Source: Trichoplax adhaerens (taxonomy: Eukaryota > Animalia > Placozoa). From it: 64,000 bases of DNA. The position numbers and the translations under genes are program-made. The notes beneath the pieces are model-generated. The model was not told the DNA's origin. It did no database searches and saw nothing but the letters and a program-made list of their open reading frames with translations. The DNA lies in NCBI RefSeq assembly GCF_000150275.1, contig NW_002060945.1:3247172-3311171 (forward strand), in the 5' to 3' direction. The stretch's first letter is position 1. Each line of letters starts with the position of its first letter. Shown here in pieces: positions 29,401 through 42,420 of the stretch.

Positions 29401-32400
29401 CACTCAATTTTGGGCCATAATCAAGATGACAAAGATGTTTCTTGTTTGTATCTTTTAATTCATCGAAGAAATATTTCGTCCTTGGTAATTCTAATTGCTG
29501 CTAATCGATTAGTTATGCTTAATTGATTAACTTGCACAGTAGAAGGCATTTAACGTCGAAGTAAAGTTTTAGGGCTATTTGAGTTTTACGCTAATTTCCT
29601 AATCAACCGATATTTATATTTCACTATTCATATAATATGCAGTATCTACGTAATGTATATTTTTATATCCATTCATAATTGTTACTTTCATAATCATAAA
29701 CATTGCTGTTATTCGAGCCAACACTTTTACTTTCTAGTTGACGGATATTTGTATTCTTACAATTCAATACATTGACACTAATACTACTGGTATTCTGGGA
29801 AATTTCTCTGAATCATTTATGAAATACGGCAATGAGTAGAGCCGATATCTTCAAAAGTAACGTTAAATAGGGACCTTGGATTGATAAAAGTTTTAAAATT
29901 ACGAAAATTGGACATTATGTAATAATTAGATATGTCTCTAGTATAGTATCCTATCTAATGTAAGTTATTTGCGTTCCTAGAAATGTTATGAAGATAATCA
30001 CATATCTCTTTTAACTTGGAGTAACTTGTGCTTCTATAAATATTATAAAAGTTAAAAATCATCGGTAACTAATTAGATATCTTCCCAGTTAAATAGATTT
30101 TCCAGTATTGGCTACTCGTGCATTTTATGAATGTCTTTGTGTATAGCAAGGATAGGTTACCCAAAGGAATGGTAGTTAATTTATTCGTAATCGAAAGCTA
30201 TAATCTTGTCAAAGCTTCTTATATTATCATTTAATTTCCATGATAGGGCTTTACATCTCATTAGTGAATAGTTTGTATTTAATTTACTTGCACGTTTTGC
30301 TATTCTAGCTCTGATACTTTCATGTGAATGATAAATTATCTCAGAAGCAAACCGATTGATTGTAGTCAATATTGACGAGTGCTTTAATTTCAAGTATTCT
30401 TTAGATTTTTAAAATAGAAAAACAATAATACTACTAAGTGGTGTGAGCATCACCTTTCCTTTTAAGGGGCTTAAAGAATGTTTGTTATGTATTTTTTTTT
30501 ATCTTACTTTAATAACGATTGAGATATTTGGCTCAAGGCTAGCCAATCTTCTATGTCGATAATATCTTAATGTAATTTTTTATTCTTTATGCCCTCTGAA
30601 TAATTTATTAAGTTAGATTGTCATACCCATATTTCTAACGATCACATACAAGCCTAATATACTGTATCTTGGCTAGATTGAACTATAATTTCTGTCTATA
30701 GCAAGTATCTTTATAACCTAAATGTTAGAGTTCATAAACTGAAAGACCATATTAGTATCCACATTCTGCAAAAGGGTTTGCAATAGCTATCGACAAAAAT
30801 AAATTCCTATTTGTGTAATTTTAAACTACATTCTTCGCCTATAAAAACTTTCGTTGTAAGTTAAACGCTGAAGTCCATAATCTCCAAAACTGTATTAGTA
30901 TCCGCACTCTGTACTAGGTATCAGTAGAAATCAATTTCTTTTTCACGATATTTCAAATCGCAATCTTCTGTAAAGGATTTCTTTACAACATAAATATTGA
31001 ACTTCATAACCTTAAGGACAATATTTGTACCCATATTTTGTGATGGATATCGATAAAAGTGAACTAATTCCTTATCATGATATTCTTCTAAACATTATAC
31101 GAATTGTATTTCAGTTTCTATCGTCTATCGATTTATATTATTGTTAAATTTTCTTTTTATTTTGTAATTGAAATATTCTAGCCAACAATCTTTGTTTCAA
31201 AAGCTTCTTGTTTGTGGGCCGTTGCCACTTTCTGTCTCAAAAGCCACACGAAAGTAAAAACCTTATATTTTATTTATTGACTTCCTACTGAAAGAAGTCA
31301 ACATTTACTCCTGTTTTCATCTTGTTTATTGCTCTAAAGCAACCACTTATACCATAATCATTCAGGTTTGGTGTTTAGCAACTTATGATCATATATAGAC
31401 TATACAGTATACTTCATTCTTATCCCTACGCCTCCCTAATTTTCGGTTTGTTATCACATTTTACGAATATGTTTGTTCTTATAGTACCTTTATTACTAGA
31501 TTTATTAATACTTCTTACTGTAGCGCAGGATCAAGTAATTACTAATTTAAAATCTTCATCTATTTAGACCATTAAATAATATTCTATATAAATAAATACT
31601 TTATCTTGTAAACAACTCCAGGCGAAGATTCGAAAATTTTCAATGGAAATCGATAAATAATATTATATATATAGGCAAAAACTCTGTCTGTATAAAATTC
31701 TAGTTGTAAACAAGTTCCCGGCCAAATTAGTCGCTCTATTGCACTAGATGACTAGAAATAAAATTTTAAAATTGAATCAACTTCCAGATTGTATTTATTC
31801 CATTATCGATAAACACCGACACTAATAAATTAAATCTTTAGTGATGGCTCTTCTGTTTAATGGCTAACTATAAATAAATTCCTTTGCTAAAATAGCCGCA
31901 CCACAGTAGCATGTAATAGGAAATAAATTTTTAAAATTAAATCAATCTTTAGAATGCATTTTACTTAATTATCAAATACGAATTCATAATAATATATCAA
32001 TAAATGAAACTTTCGATTTTACTATTAGAGAAGCTTATTTCATATGTTTACTTCCCTCTTTTATAATCAGCCTTTTTAGACTGTATGAGTGCGCTAAATT
32101 AAATATAAAGCAAGTGTTAATAGCTACGATACTTTTCTATTTAGAATCAATTTCATACTGATGTTGATATTGGCTATAACTGGTCTTTAGCAAGTAGTCC
32201 TTATAGGGTAGAACAAAAAATTTACGAATACGACGAAAGAGAACCTCGTTTAATAGTAATGTCTTATTGATTTTGGGCTAGTGGTTAATAAATAATTCGA
32301 ATAGTTTAAAAAAATGTCACAAACTTAGTGAAAGGAAATATCAGTTGTCAAGAATATCTCTTAGGCTAGATATCTGTTCAAATCTAGAGTAAGATATTTC

Positions 32401-33471
32401 TCTCTATTAACTGTATTATTCTTTTATTTACACGTAGGATGTGAATCACAATTATCAATCATTGTTTTGAAATATAACTTCAGCCCAAGGAAACAAGAAT
32501 ATTTCTGTTTCTTAAAACCAAGTCCTCTTAATATTTAAAGGGTAATTGTGTAACCTTTTAAAAGGGATAAGTCCATACTTTAAATGTTGTAAAATAGTCC
32601 TCTGCTAATAAATGAAAATGAGATGATATTTACATATGATGTAATAGATTGAACCAAGGGTGATGGCTCGAAAATAGAATTTAACCATTAAAATGAATTC
32701 TTTAAGCTGATAATTGAGAGGAAAGGAGATATGCTATTTTGCATTCTTTGCATTGAATAGCTTAGGATTGATTTAAGAAACGAAATAAATCCAAGAAAAA
32801 TAAAAGTTTCTCTTTTAGTACCGGTATTTAGAACAAGAATTAGTTTAAAAAAGAAAGACACTATCATCAATTTGTTATGAAGATGTATGCTACTTAGAGT
32901 TATACTAGATATTCAAGATGAGTGATATCCCTGCCATTCATTACCCGAATAGAATTAAATTAAAGAAATATTTATACTTCTTTTAGAACTGTAGGGTAAA
33001 TTTTGAGCACTATAATCATCTAATTTGATAATAACGGATGCCTAAATTATGTAAAGCCATACCCTGAATAACTACCGTAAACCTAAACATAATTCAGGCT
33101 AGATCCGAAGCGCAAAAGGACTGAGAAGTTGGTACAATTCGTTATTAAAGCTGTTACTAATAATTTCGTATCCGACATCAACAAGTAATAAAGGTAGAAA
33201 AAACTTCGATTTAGACTTACCCAGTGAAAGGATTATTTCTACCCGGAACGGTGTCAATACCGAAGGCAATTGCATAACCAAACATCCAAAATGATATTCC
33301 ACCAAATATAACATCTACTGTATTTTTAACCATAATGTTAACTTCATTCTTTTTAGATACTAGTCCTGATTCCAACATACCAAAGCCAGACTGCATAGTA
33401 AAAATGATGAAACCGCTTGCTAGCAGCCAACCGGCATCATCCCAATCGCTAAGACCTGAGTAATTACTCAT
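26401..33471 (-). CDS. Ammonium transporter, Amt family (invertebrate type, not Rh), with a long cytoplasmic C-terminal tail
   Basis: Exons 33221-33471, 27814-28275, ~27687-27746, ~27495-27572 and 26401-~27218 give IIFTMQSGFGMLESGLVSKKNEVNIMVKN, FFQLSFSTTSTTIVSGAMAER, AHWIW, DAAGGCAVH, LRPRIGRF, WWGWLGFNCGS, NGILGALVAIT and IDDPVDCVATHG. Confidence 0.95.
30715..31060. repeat. Degenerate ~135-140 bp direct repeat (about 3 copies) in the long Amt intron
   Basis: Similar strings at ~30730 (ttcataaactgaaagaccatattagtatccacattctg), ~30873 (tccataatctccaaaactgtattagtatccgcactctg) and ~31003 (ttcataaccttaaggacaatatttgtacccatattttg). Confidence 0.6.
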
Positions 33472-33949
33472 GATCAAACTAATCGATAGAGGCCTTTAGT
33501 AACTAGCTTTGATGAAAATGAAGATCAAGCTTGACTTGATAAGGAGCCAAAGGTGCTATTCCGGTTCAAGTTCGTATAGTCAAATTTATCGTTTAGCCAA
33601 AGAGAACTGAATAAAATCAACTTTAACTCCGATAGCTTGGAGGTGGAGTTGGATAATAAAATCAGGAAACGATTCGAGTGAAAACTTTCCAATAATCAAA
33701 GTGAAATAATTGTTGATTAAATGATATAATTGTTGCAATCTATGATAAATACAAAAACGATTGATCCAATTAGCCACATTAATCACGTTACAAATGGAAA
33801 ATGTTTTACTAAAGTTAATTGGGTACTGTACCACCATAGAAAGTGATTGGTTTTGCTTGTAGGTAAGGAATTGGTGGATTTTTCTTAAGTTACAAATTAA
33901 TATTCGCGGCCAAAATACCCACGTACGTATACAATATCAAATTATCATG

Positions 33950-34565
33950 GAAAGGAATACTTGGAATGACGTACTATATAGTTTAGTAATTAGTGTTTCC
34001 ATCTATTAACTTCATTCTATACAAAGATAGGTAGGGCTCTCGGCTGCAAATAGTTTATAGCATATTAGATTCACAAGAGTATTTCAGTTGATTTCAGTCT
34101 ACGTAAAAATATGCAGTATTCTCAGCATGGAATAATGTATAATACATCAAATCGTTAAATAATATTCACTTCGTTCCTTTCTACGCGAAGATTCACAGTA
34201 TTATTAAAATGGAATAATGTATAGCCAATTAGATTGGTAAATGGCTTTCCAGTTAATTAATTTCATTCCACATTTAGATATGCAGTGCTCTTATTATGGA
34301 ATATTGTATAATATGTTAGGATTATAGTGGTATTTCAGCTCATTGATTTCATTCTATGCAAAGATATGAGGTACTTTCAGCGCAGAATAATGTCAATTAC
34401 ATTTATAAATATTATTTGAGTTCATTTCATTTAGCATAAAAGGTATGCGGTACTTTCAGCAAGGAATGACGTATAATACATTAAATTCTTAAATGGCATT
34501 GCAGTTAATTAATTTCATTTTACACAAAGATATACGGTTCTCTCAGCATGAAGTAAAGTATAACA
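33950..34565. repeat. Degenerate ~85 bp tandem repeat (about 7 copies) upstream of the Amt start codon
   Basis: Variants of ttcattctatgcaaagatat..g(c)agtactctcagcatggaataatgtata recur at ~34011, 34074, 34170, 34261, 34348, 34425 and 34514. Confidence 0.75.
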
Positions 34566-37500
34566 AATTTGACTCCCACTCAGAGTAGTAGTTATGATCT
34601 TCAGCTATTGTTAATACAAGTATCCCTAAATGCAGCTGAAATAGATATCTTGTATTGATGCTGGCTAATTAGATCAATGAATATAGTTAATAGAAACACA
34701 GACTATATCATTAGGCCTTTAAAATTACAAGTAATGTGAAAACCATCAGTTTCTGTAAGACAATCTATCTTCTGTACCTTTAATTAGTCTAATTACATTA
34801 TTTTTATCGCCGATGGACAATTTTTGATCCGCCATTTTCAATCAGTAAAATAAAACGTGTTTTACCAAGAAATCGAATGTAAATAAATGAACGAGTAAAA
34901 TAGAAAGAAATTATTGAGAATGGTTACGATGGTAAACGATATTTAGGCTAATAAATTGTCATCCAAGATCTCCAGAGTTCTTTTAATTATAACTAGACGA
35001 GCGCAACTGAGTCTACACTTAACTAATTTAATCATATCGAAATCTATTTCAATATTAACTAATTCTTTTCTCCTTGTTTGTTGTACATTTATATCATCCT
35101 TGATCAATTTCCGTAAACGAGTTAATTAGATATATCTTCTGATTAGGACAGCTATTCCAATAGCTATCTATCATAAGCTTGGTCAATTTACCAAGTAAAA
35201 CTTCAAATCTACATTAACCTCGGCTATTTCAATTATAACAATGAAAAAGAGTTGTTTCCCTGACTGATTTTAGTAGTGTAGAAAATATTATGAGTCACCA
35301 TTGGAGATCATGACTGTCGTCGATACAATGGTCATCGATGGCGTAGAACAGTAAAATTATTGCCGGTCTCTCAAAACTCGATTTTATTCCTAAGCTGATA
35401 TACAGTATATTATCCATAATTTAATATTATTATCATTGCTTTTATATTGAAAATAATGCTAATGACTGTATATACGTATAGCTATCAAGAGACCAAGCCT
35501 ATCGTCGATATAATATGCGTTAATGCCACTGGCGATGAAACTATTACCATGCCGTATAAAACAGTGAAGATCCTGTCCCCTTGCAGATAAAATGCTATTG
35601 ATTATCAGCTAATCTATTCTATTATCTTGATTTTCTGCTTGTGACCGATTTGATTCTATATTATCTAATGTCTTCAGGATTAATTACTACTGGATATAAG
35701 ATTTTATCAATCGAAAATAATAATTTAACGTCAACTAAAAATAATAATAGTCATCCTACCGATGGTAGCATATTGTAAATATTTTCAATTCTTGATGGAA
35801 GGATGTAATAAAAATAATTTCAGCCGCATAATTCTATCAAAAGACGCGCGTAATATATAAAAAAAGGGCAAATGTAAAAACATGCAAATTTAGGAATTCT
35901 CATAGCATTCAAATGGATAAATCAAATGGTAGGTGTTTCGATCAAAAAATTAAAGCTGATCGTGTTGATGTTTCACAGTATCAAGGTGTTTTCTGCCAAT
36001 GATAGCAGTATCATCGGTATAAAAGTAGCTAAATAGAAAGAAATTTTTTCCATAGCATAGCAAAGAGTACTAAGTAACGTTTATTTTACTCAATTATGAT
36101 AACACTAAACATGCTTCTAGGAGTAAGCATAGAGCCTTGAAAGAGTCCATTTAAAAAAACGATATACTGTCTGTTGTGCTCATAACAATGAATTCAAGTG
36201 GGTAGCTAGTCCATTTCTAGTTATAAAAATAAAAAATATTAAATAGTGTACTATTACCTGATTGCTTATGGAAATTTCGACGAGGATAACGATAATATTG
36301 ATAGGAAGATGTTGAATAGATTGGTATTAAGCAGGTAGAACATAAATATTATTCAATGGATACATGCAATATCTTGAGCCGGTTAGGATATTCGACAACG
36401 ATTGAATGTAGTCAGTAAATGGAAAATTATTTCGTAAATTCTATCAGGGTAAGACTAGGACTAATCTTTACAATCAAATTAATGGGGTGATTTATTCTAC
36501 TTTCGATGATACCGTCGATGATTCAAAAAATGGGAGGAAAAAAATGGGAAATGAATAAGTAAAAATAAATAGCTTGCTAATCAAATTAAGAATGGTTTTG
36601 ACAATAGTATTGACCGATTCTACCAAACAATTATAATCAAACAGTTAACAAAACAATTTCTTGCCTATTATTTCATCGCCGTTATCAATCAAAAAGAAGT
36701 GGGTAATAATCCACGATCACGCACTAGGTCATAACCCCTAACCTATAACCTTGGAAGATACCCAACGGTTGAAATTAACTTAGCAAGGATGGAAAGAGAA
36801 ATTACTTTCCCGACAAGCTGCATTAACATGAAGTAGTGGTAAAGTAAGATAAAATCGATCTAATATTGAATAATTATGGCTGGGACATAATTGAAATTGG
36901 CGATACCACCGTGGATGGTGATGATGAAGGAAACGCCTAGGTAGATGATTTAAGCTGGTTTTTTCATCAAATAGTCAATCAATCAATCAGTCAAATAAAA
37001 AATATAAAGAATAACCTAGTATTGATCCAATTGAAATGAACTTGTGATGATTTTGTTGATGAACAATAACATTATGAATTAATATCCAAGATTGTAGTTG
37101 TTGAATAGGTACGTATAGTTTAAATTGACTGGAATTGAAAAATTGTTAGAATAGCTTGATAAACTAATTTGATAACAATAAAATATGGGTAGGTAAAGTT
37201 CATTTGTAAATAATTTAAATTTTTTATTCAATAAGTTAATCATGTTAACCATGATTAACTATTGATATCCTTACTGCTGATATTAATTGATGATAGAATT
37301 TGTAGCAGAAATAAGGGGAAGGTTTAAAATTCTATGATTGTCTTGCTACTTTGTCTATCCTATCTATTGGATACAGTCTTGAATATTAACCATCGTCTAG
37401 TATTTTTGTTGTCTATCATCAATGCTATTGAATAAAAATACCTTTTCATTTCCTCTAGTAATATTATGGCGGAGAAAGAGTAGTAGTAACGACGTAATGC

Positions 37501-38659
37501 TATGTATGATTCTCTCACTCCTTATTAACATGAATGATTGCCAACTATCCACCCTTCCTAGATCAACTATTCATCCTGCATGCTCAATTTTAGTTGTAAC
37601 GGAGAATGCTAACCAATAAAAAATTACAATTACAAATAAAAGTTTAGGTAAAAACCCCAATTTATCCTTTTAACTTGGTGATCTATAAAGAAAATGTAAT
37701 GCTGCTGAATTTATTTCCTCTCTTTAATGCTTCTCGATAAAAATGTAGTACTCTTCTAATTCTTCCTATTATTGTTTAGCGCTACTTTTCCCAATTTGAA
37801 TTTATGGTCATAATCATGACGTAAATCTATCCAAATATTCTCATGTAATAAATTAATAGGCGATGAGTATTTGGTAAACTGCAGCTATTCATGTATTCTA
37901 TATCACTCTAGTTTCTTTATTTCATTCCTGTACTTTTTGAACTTAATCTAAGCTGCAAACGGAAGTTATACGAGCTACTATCTAGGATTATAACTCCGAT
38001 TTTACAGCTAGCTATTCGATGTGTACAGTGTAAAGAAATTCAAGGCGGCAGCTGCATTATTTTCTCTTTGTATATTCTTCAATGTGACTCAATGGATTTC
38101 ACAGTACTTTCTTCATTTCATCTCCATATTTTCGACAATGACTCTAGTTAATTAAGTTGGAGAGGGGACCCTTTTTACGTAGCGCATTTTCGATTGCTTG
38201 CTTTCCTCTCGTAAAAAGGATATTATAAAAGTTTTCTGCTCGTCTTTTAAAATTTTCTATCCCCAATTTTCAATTCTTTCCAATATGGCAAACTTGTCAA
38301 TTACAGTTACAGTAACTGTAATCTTCCTTTAGAGCTTGCTGATGCATGAAGAAAAATTCAATAAAATTCCTCCTTGGATTTGTCTGTCTCAGGCGCCAGT
38401 CAGTAAATACGCGTGTACTATTCTGTTTCTTTTGTGACATTGTAGGGTTAGACATGCCACATCATTTCATATAAACGACAGTGGCTACAATGACTGCAAT
38501 CCAAGTTCTCACAAAGTATTCAAGAATGGTATCATCAAGGTTTAAAGATGGTGACTACTCCTTTATCCTCCAATTCTTATCCTCTATTGCCAGTTTTTTT
38601 TTAGAATAAGAGGAAACCAATCGTTTAAAGTTAGAGTTAAATGTAGCATTGAAGTTTGG

Positions 38660-40310
38660 ATTTATGAAACCTACTGATGTAAATCACTACATCACTACGA
38701 CTTAAACTACTGCAATCAGAAAAGTAAGGAGTCCACAGTTACCGTAGAATAGATTTAAATCCCATCATTCAAGCCTATTGATTTAAAGGATTTTGCTTTA
38801 CAACGACTAGTTTGGGGGAGGGGGAGGGCAATAACTAATGTTGTCTAGTCAGAAAGAGTAAAAAATTCCGTAGTTTAAGTGATTAAACTATAACGTAAGA
38901 CGTGGCAGCCACCACTGGAGCTTGACCATTAAAACTTGCTGATTGAAAAGTATTTACGCTACTACGACTAGTTGAAGGTAATAACGAACAGTGTTTAGTC
39001 ATACCAAGTTAGCTGTTGAAAGTTGAAGTAAAATGTATCATTAGATCTATCGTCAAACTTGCTAATTTAAAAGCCTTTGCCCTACCTACGACTACTTCCG
39101 GGCAAAAACTGACTAATATTACCCAGTCAGAATGGGTAAAGAGACTAAAACGTTTCGTTAGATCACAACGAGTGAGAGGCAATAACTAACGTCGTCTAGT
39201 CAGAAAGAGTAAGAAATCCCGCAGTTCGAAGTTAAAGTAAAATGGTACATTAGACCCACCATTGAAACTTGCGGATTTAAAAGCCTTTTGCGCTACTACG
39301 ACTAGTTTAAAGCAATAGATAATACTGCCTAAGTCAGAACAAGTAAGAGTTCAAAGTTTCAATAAATTAGAACTTTAAACATATCACAACTTGCTGACGT
39401 AAAACCTTTACATCACTATGACTAATCGGCGGCAGAAACTAAATGTTGCCTAGTCAGAGAAAGTAAGCAATTGGAGGTTAAAGTAAAACGGAACATTAAA
39501 CCCTTCATTGAAATTTGTCGATTTAAAAGCATTTACTGCTACGAGTTTGAGGTAATAATGTTGCCTAGTCTATAAAAGTAAGGAGTTTAAAATTTCAATA
39601 AAATACGGAGCCCCCTTCTAATGTAAAACCTTTGCATCACCGCGACTAATGGAAGGCAAGGATTAATGTTGCCTAGTCAGAACAAGTAAGGAATTAGAGG
39701 TTAAAATAAAACGGAACATTAAACCCACCATTAAAATTTGTTGATTTCAATGCCTTTGCGCTACTATCATCAGTTTGAGGCAATGATGCCGTCTAATTAG
39801 AAAAGGAGTTTAGAGTTACAATAAAATATAGCCATCCTCCATTAATGTAAAATCTTTGCATCACCACGACTAATTTAGAATAAGTAAGCAGTTAGAGGTT
39901 AAAGTAAAACGGAACTTCAAGCCCACCATCGAAATTGGCTGATTTCGAAGCCTTTGCGCTACTATCACCAGTTTGTGGCAATTACCCCATCTAGTCAGAA
40001 AAAGGAGTTTGGGAGTTGCAATAAAATATAGCAACGTCTCACTAATTGTAAAATCTTTGCATCACCACAACTAATAGGAGGCGAGAACTAATGTTGCCTA
40101 ATCAGAACAAACTAGCAGCTCGAAGGTAAAATGGAAACATTAGACCCGCCATTGAAACTTGCTAATTTTAGCCTTTACGCGACTACCCTAAATTTGAGGG
40201 AAAATTTCGAACATAGAACCCCATTATATTATAATTTACTGATGTAAAATCTCTACGAACAATTAGAGGCAACAACACTCCATTGCTTAGTCAGAGAAAG
40301 GAGGAATTCT
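38660..40310. repeat. Degenerate tandem array of ~110-150 bp monomers (about 13), partly organised as ~225-250 bp dimers
   Basis: The pattern ctactacgactagttt..ggcaa..tgttgcctagtcagaa..aagtaag recurs. tagtcag-like anchors lie near 38845, 38996, 39125, 39197, 39330, 39450, 39565, 39673, 39793, 39991, 40098 and 40287. Confidence 0.85.
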
Positions 40311-40772
40311 AAGTTAAATACCGTAGGAGTTATTGCTACTCACTATCAATACATTCCGCTTTTCTTAACGGTAACAATCCAGAATATTTCAATTCAATTT
40401 AACTACTATGCCACACGGTAAAATAGTAGATTGAATAAATGAATTGTTATTTACATATTGGTGTTTTGAATCAATGATCGTTTCTGCATAGATGAATGTA
40501 ACGACAGTAAGCCTTTAGCCCAGCTGGATTGAATATCATGAACTTTGTGTATTCTGTAAACAAAAATATGACCAAGAAAACTGGAGAAATAAAGCAAATG
40601 GAGCAACCCCATTCTAGCTCCATTTAGACAGTTATTTGTCATCGTTGTAAATTATTTGTATGCAGATAAGGCGACAATCTTGATCACAATTAATTTTCAC
40701 CTTCTTTGAGAACAGCCGATACGCATATATGGCTAATTTGGGACATTAGCCGCACCCTATATTTATAATTAT

Positions 40773-40793
40773 GTATATATATATATATATATA
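40773..40793. repeat. (TA)n microsatellite
   Basis: About ten consecutive TA dinucleotides. Confidence 0.85.
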
Positions 40794-41479
40794 CTCTATA
40801 ACGCATGCATACATATTAAAGTCCTTGAATAGCTTTCTACTAAGTTGGCCTCTTAAGAGGTAGTTATCGGCATATAAAGTCAATATTAGCCGTTCTCTTT
40901 AGACAAGAAATGATCTGGTGAGAAAGCGACTTCTTGACTTGACGCACTGTGTGACCGTATAAAGAATTAGAAATGATAGCCATGACTTATGATCCATCAA
41001 TTCTATTATTGGATATTCTACTTTAACTATAATCACTTTATTTATAGGATAGCTTGGCTTCAGAGGCATAGACACTAGAAATGCTTCAATTTAACTACAA
41101 AAATCATGACTGCAAATTTTTATAACTTCTTTTTTCCATTTCACGATTATAAGCCTTCCTACTGAAGGATAGATTTAGATAGGGTTGATTAAAATCTTTA
41201 GGGCATGACGGAAAAAGGCATCAGTCAATCTCCGAAGGTAAAGCTTGGATCTCTTTCAAGATTGATCGATGATCGTCATTTTAATGCGATTTCCATTTTC
41301 TCCGCCATTAAATGGAACGAGTTAACAACTTTAGACTCATGTAGTTTCTAAACTATCACGTAAATACGTATACGGAATAAACTGGCAAACATAGACAGTG
41401 ATACTAATAAGGCTAAGACTGAAGCAGCACAAATATTGCAATTGCGAAACTAGTTTCAGCAGCAATAGTATCAAGAAAG

Positions 41480-41865
41480 GTTGGTTTGTAACTTCTTTTA
41501 AATATTTATGAAAACAATGATGGCCTTCCTTTCTGCGTTGTTCATCATTGTCAAACATGATGGTAGTGTCATTACGGCAATTTCTCGTCCAATTTTATTA
41601 CTCTTACAAGATTAGAACGAAAAAAGTTTAGACTATATAAGACGTGTTAAAATGGTACAAAATCGAAACAATAGTGTTCGTACCGAGAAATAGAAACTTT
41701 TGCTCGTAATTGCTTTGAATAGGTATGAAAACAACGATGGCATTCTTTTTCGCCTAGACTATCATTAATTAATTATCAACCGAACGGTACGGTAGTCAAT
41801 CAAGTACAACCATCCAATTTCATTGCTCTGATAAAATTATTACGAAAAAATTTAAACTATACTCG
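41480..41865. repeat. Diverged direct duplication with ~220 bp period
   Basis: tatgaaaacaa(t/c)gatggc at ~41507 and ~41724; tccaatttyattrctct..attanracgaaaaaa..ttaractata at ~41588 and ~41813. Confidence 0.7.
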
Positions 41866-41971
41866 TATAAAGATGTTCAATAGAGAAAATTCCATCAGTG
41901 CACCCACTATAGTGTCAATAATATAACTATAAACTGCCCATTTCAATAAAAACACCTTTAATTAACTTAAT

Positions 41972-42420
41972 TGTAATACTATGGAAAATACTAATTTCAA
42001 TAGTTGACTTAAGAAAATGAAGGATTCAAAAGTAAGGAGGATAAAATTAGCTATCGATATCAATGGGAATTCAAATAGTGTAGCGAAAAAATGTCGTTAA
42101 AGTAATCTTATAATCGTAAAATTTGAATACTATGGAAGATACCAACATCAACAACGGCTTGAAAGAAGCCGATGACTTAAAAGCAAGGAGAAGAGAGCGA
42201 ATGAATCTTTCATTTCATTAGCAATCGCAATAAATGTAGTAGGAAAATGTTATTGAAAGTAATCTGATAGCCGTAAATTTTGAAATACTATGGAAAATAC
42301 CAGCTTCAGTAACTACTTCAAGACAGACATAATTTAAAAGTATGGAAGAGAATGAACTCTCCATTTCAATAACAATTATAAGGAGTGTCGAAGAGAAATG
42401 CTATCGGAAGTAAATTAAAT
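41972..42420. repeat. Degenerate ~150-160 bp tandem repeat, 3 copies
   Basis: aatactatggaa(a/g)atac at ~41975, ~42126 and ~42284, each followed by aaaagtaaggag-like and aaatgt..aagtaat-like blocks. Confidence 0.8.
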
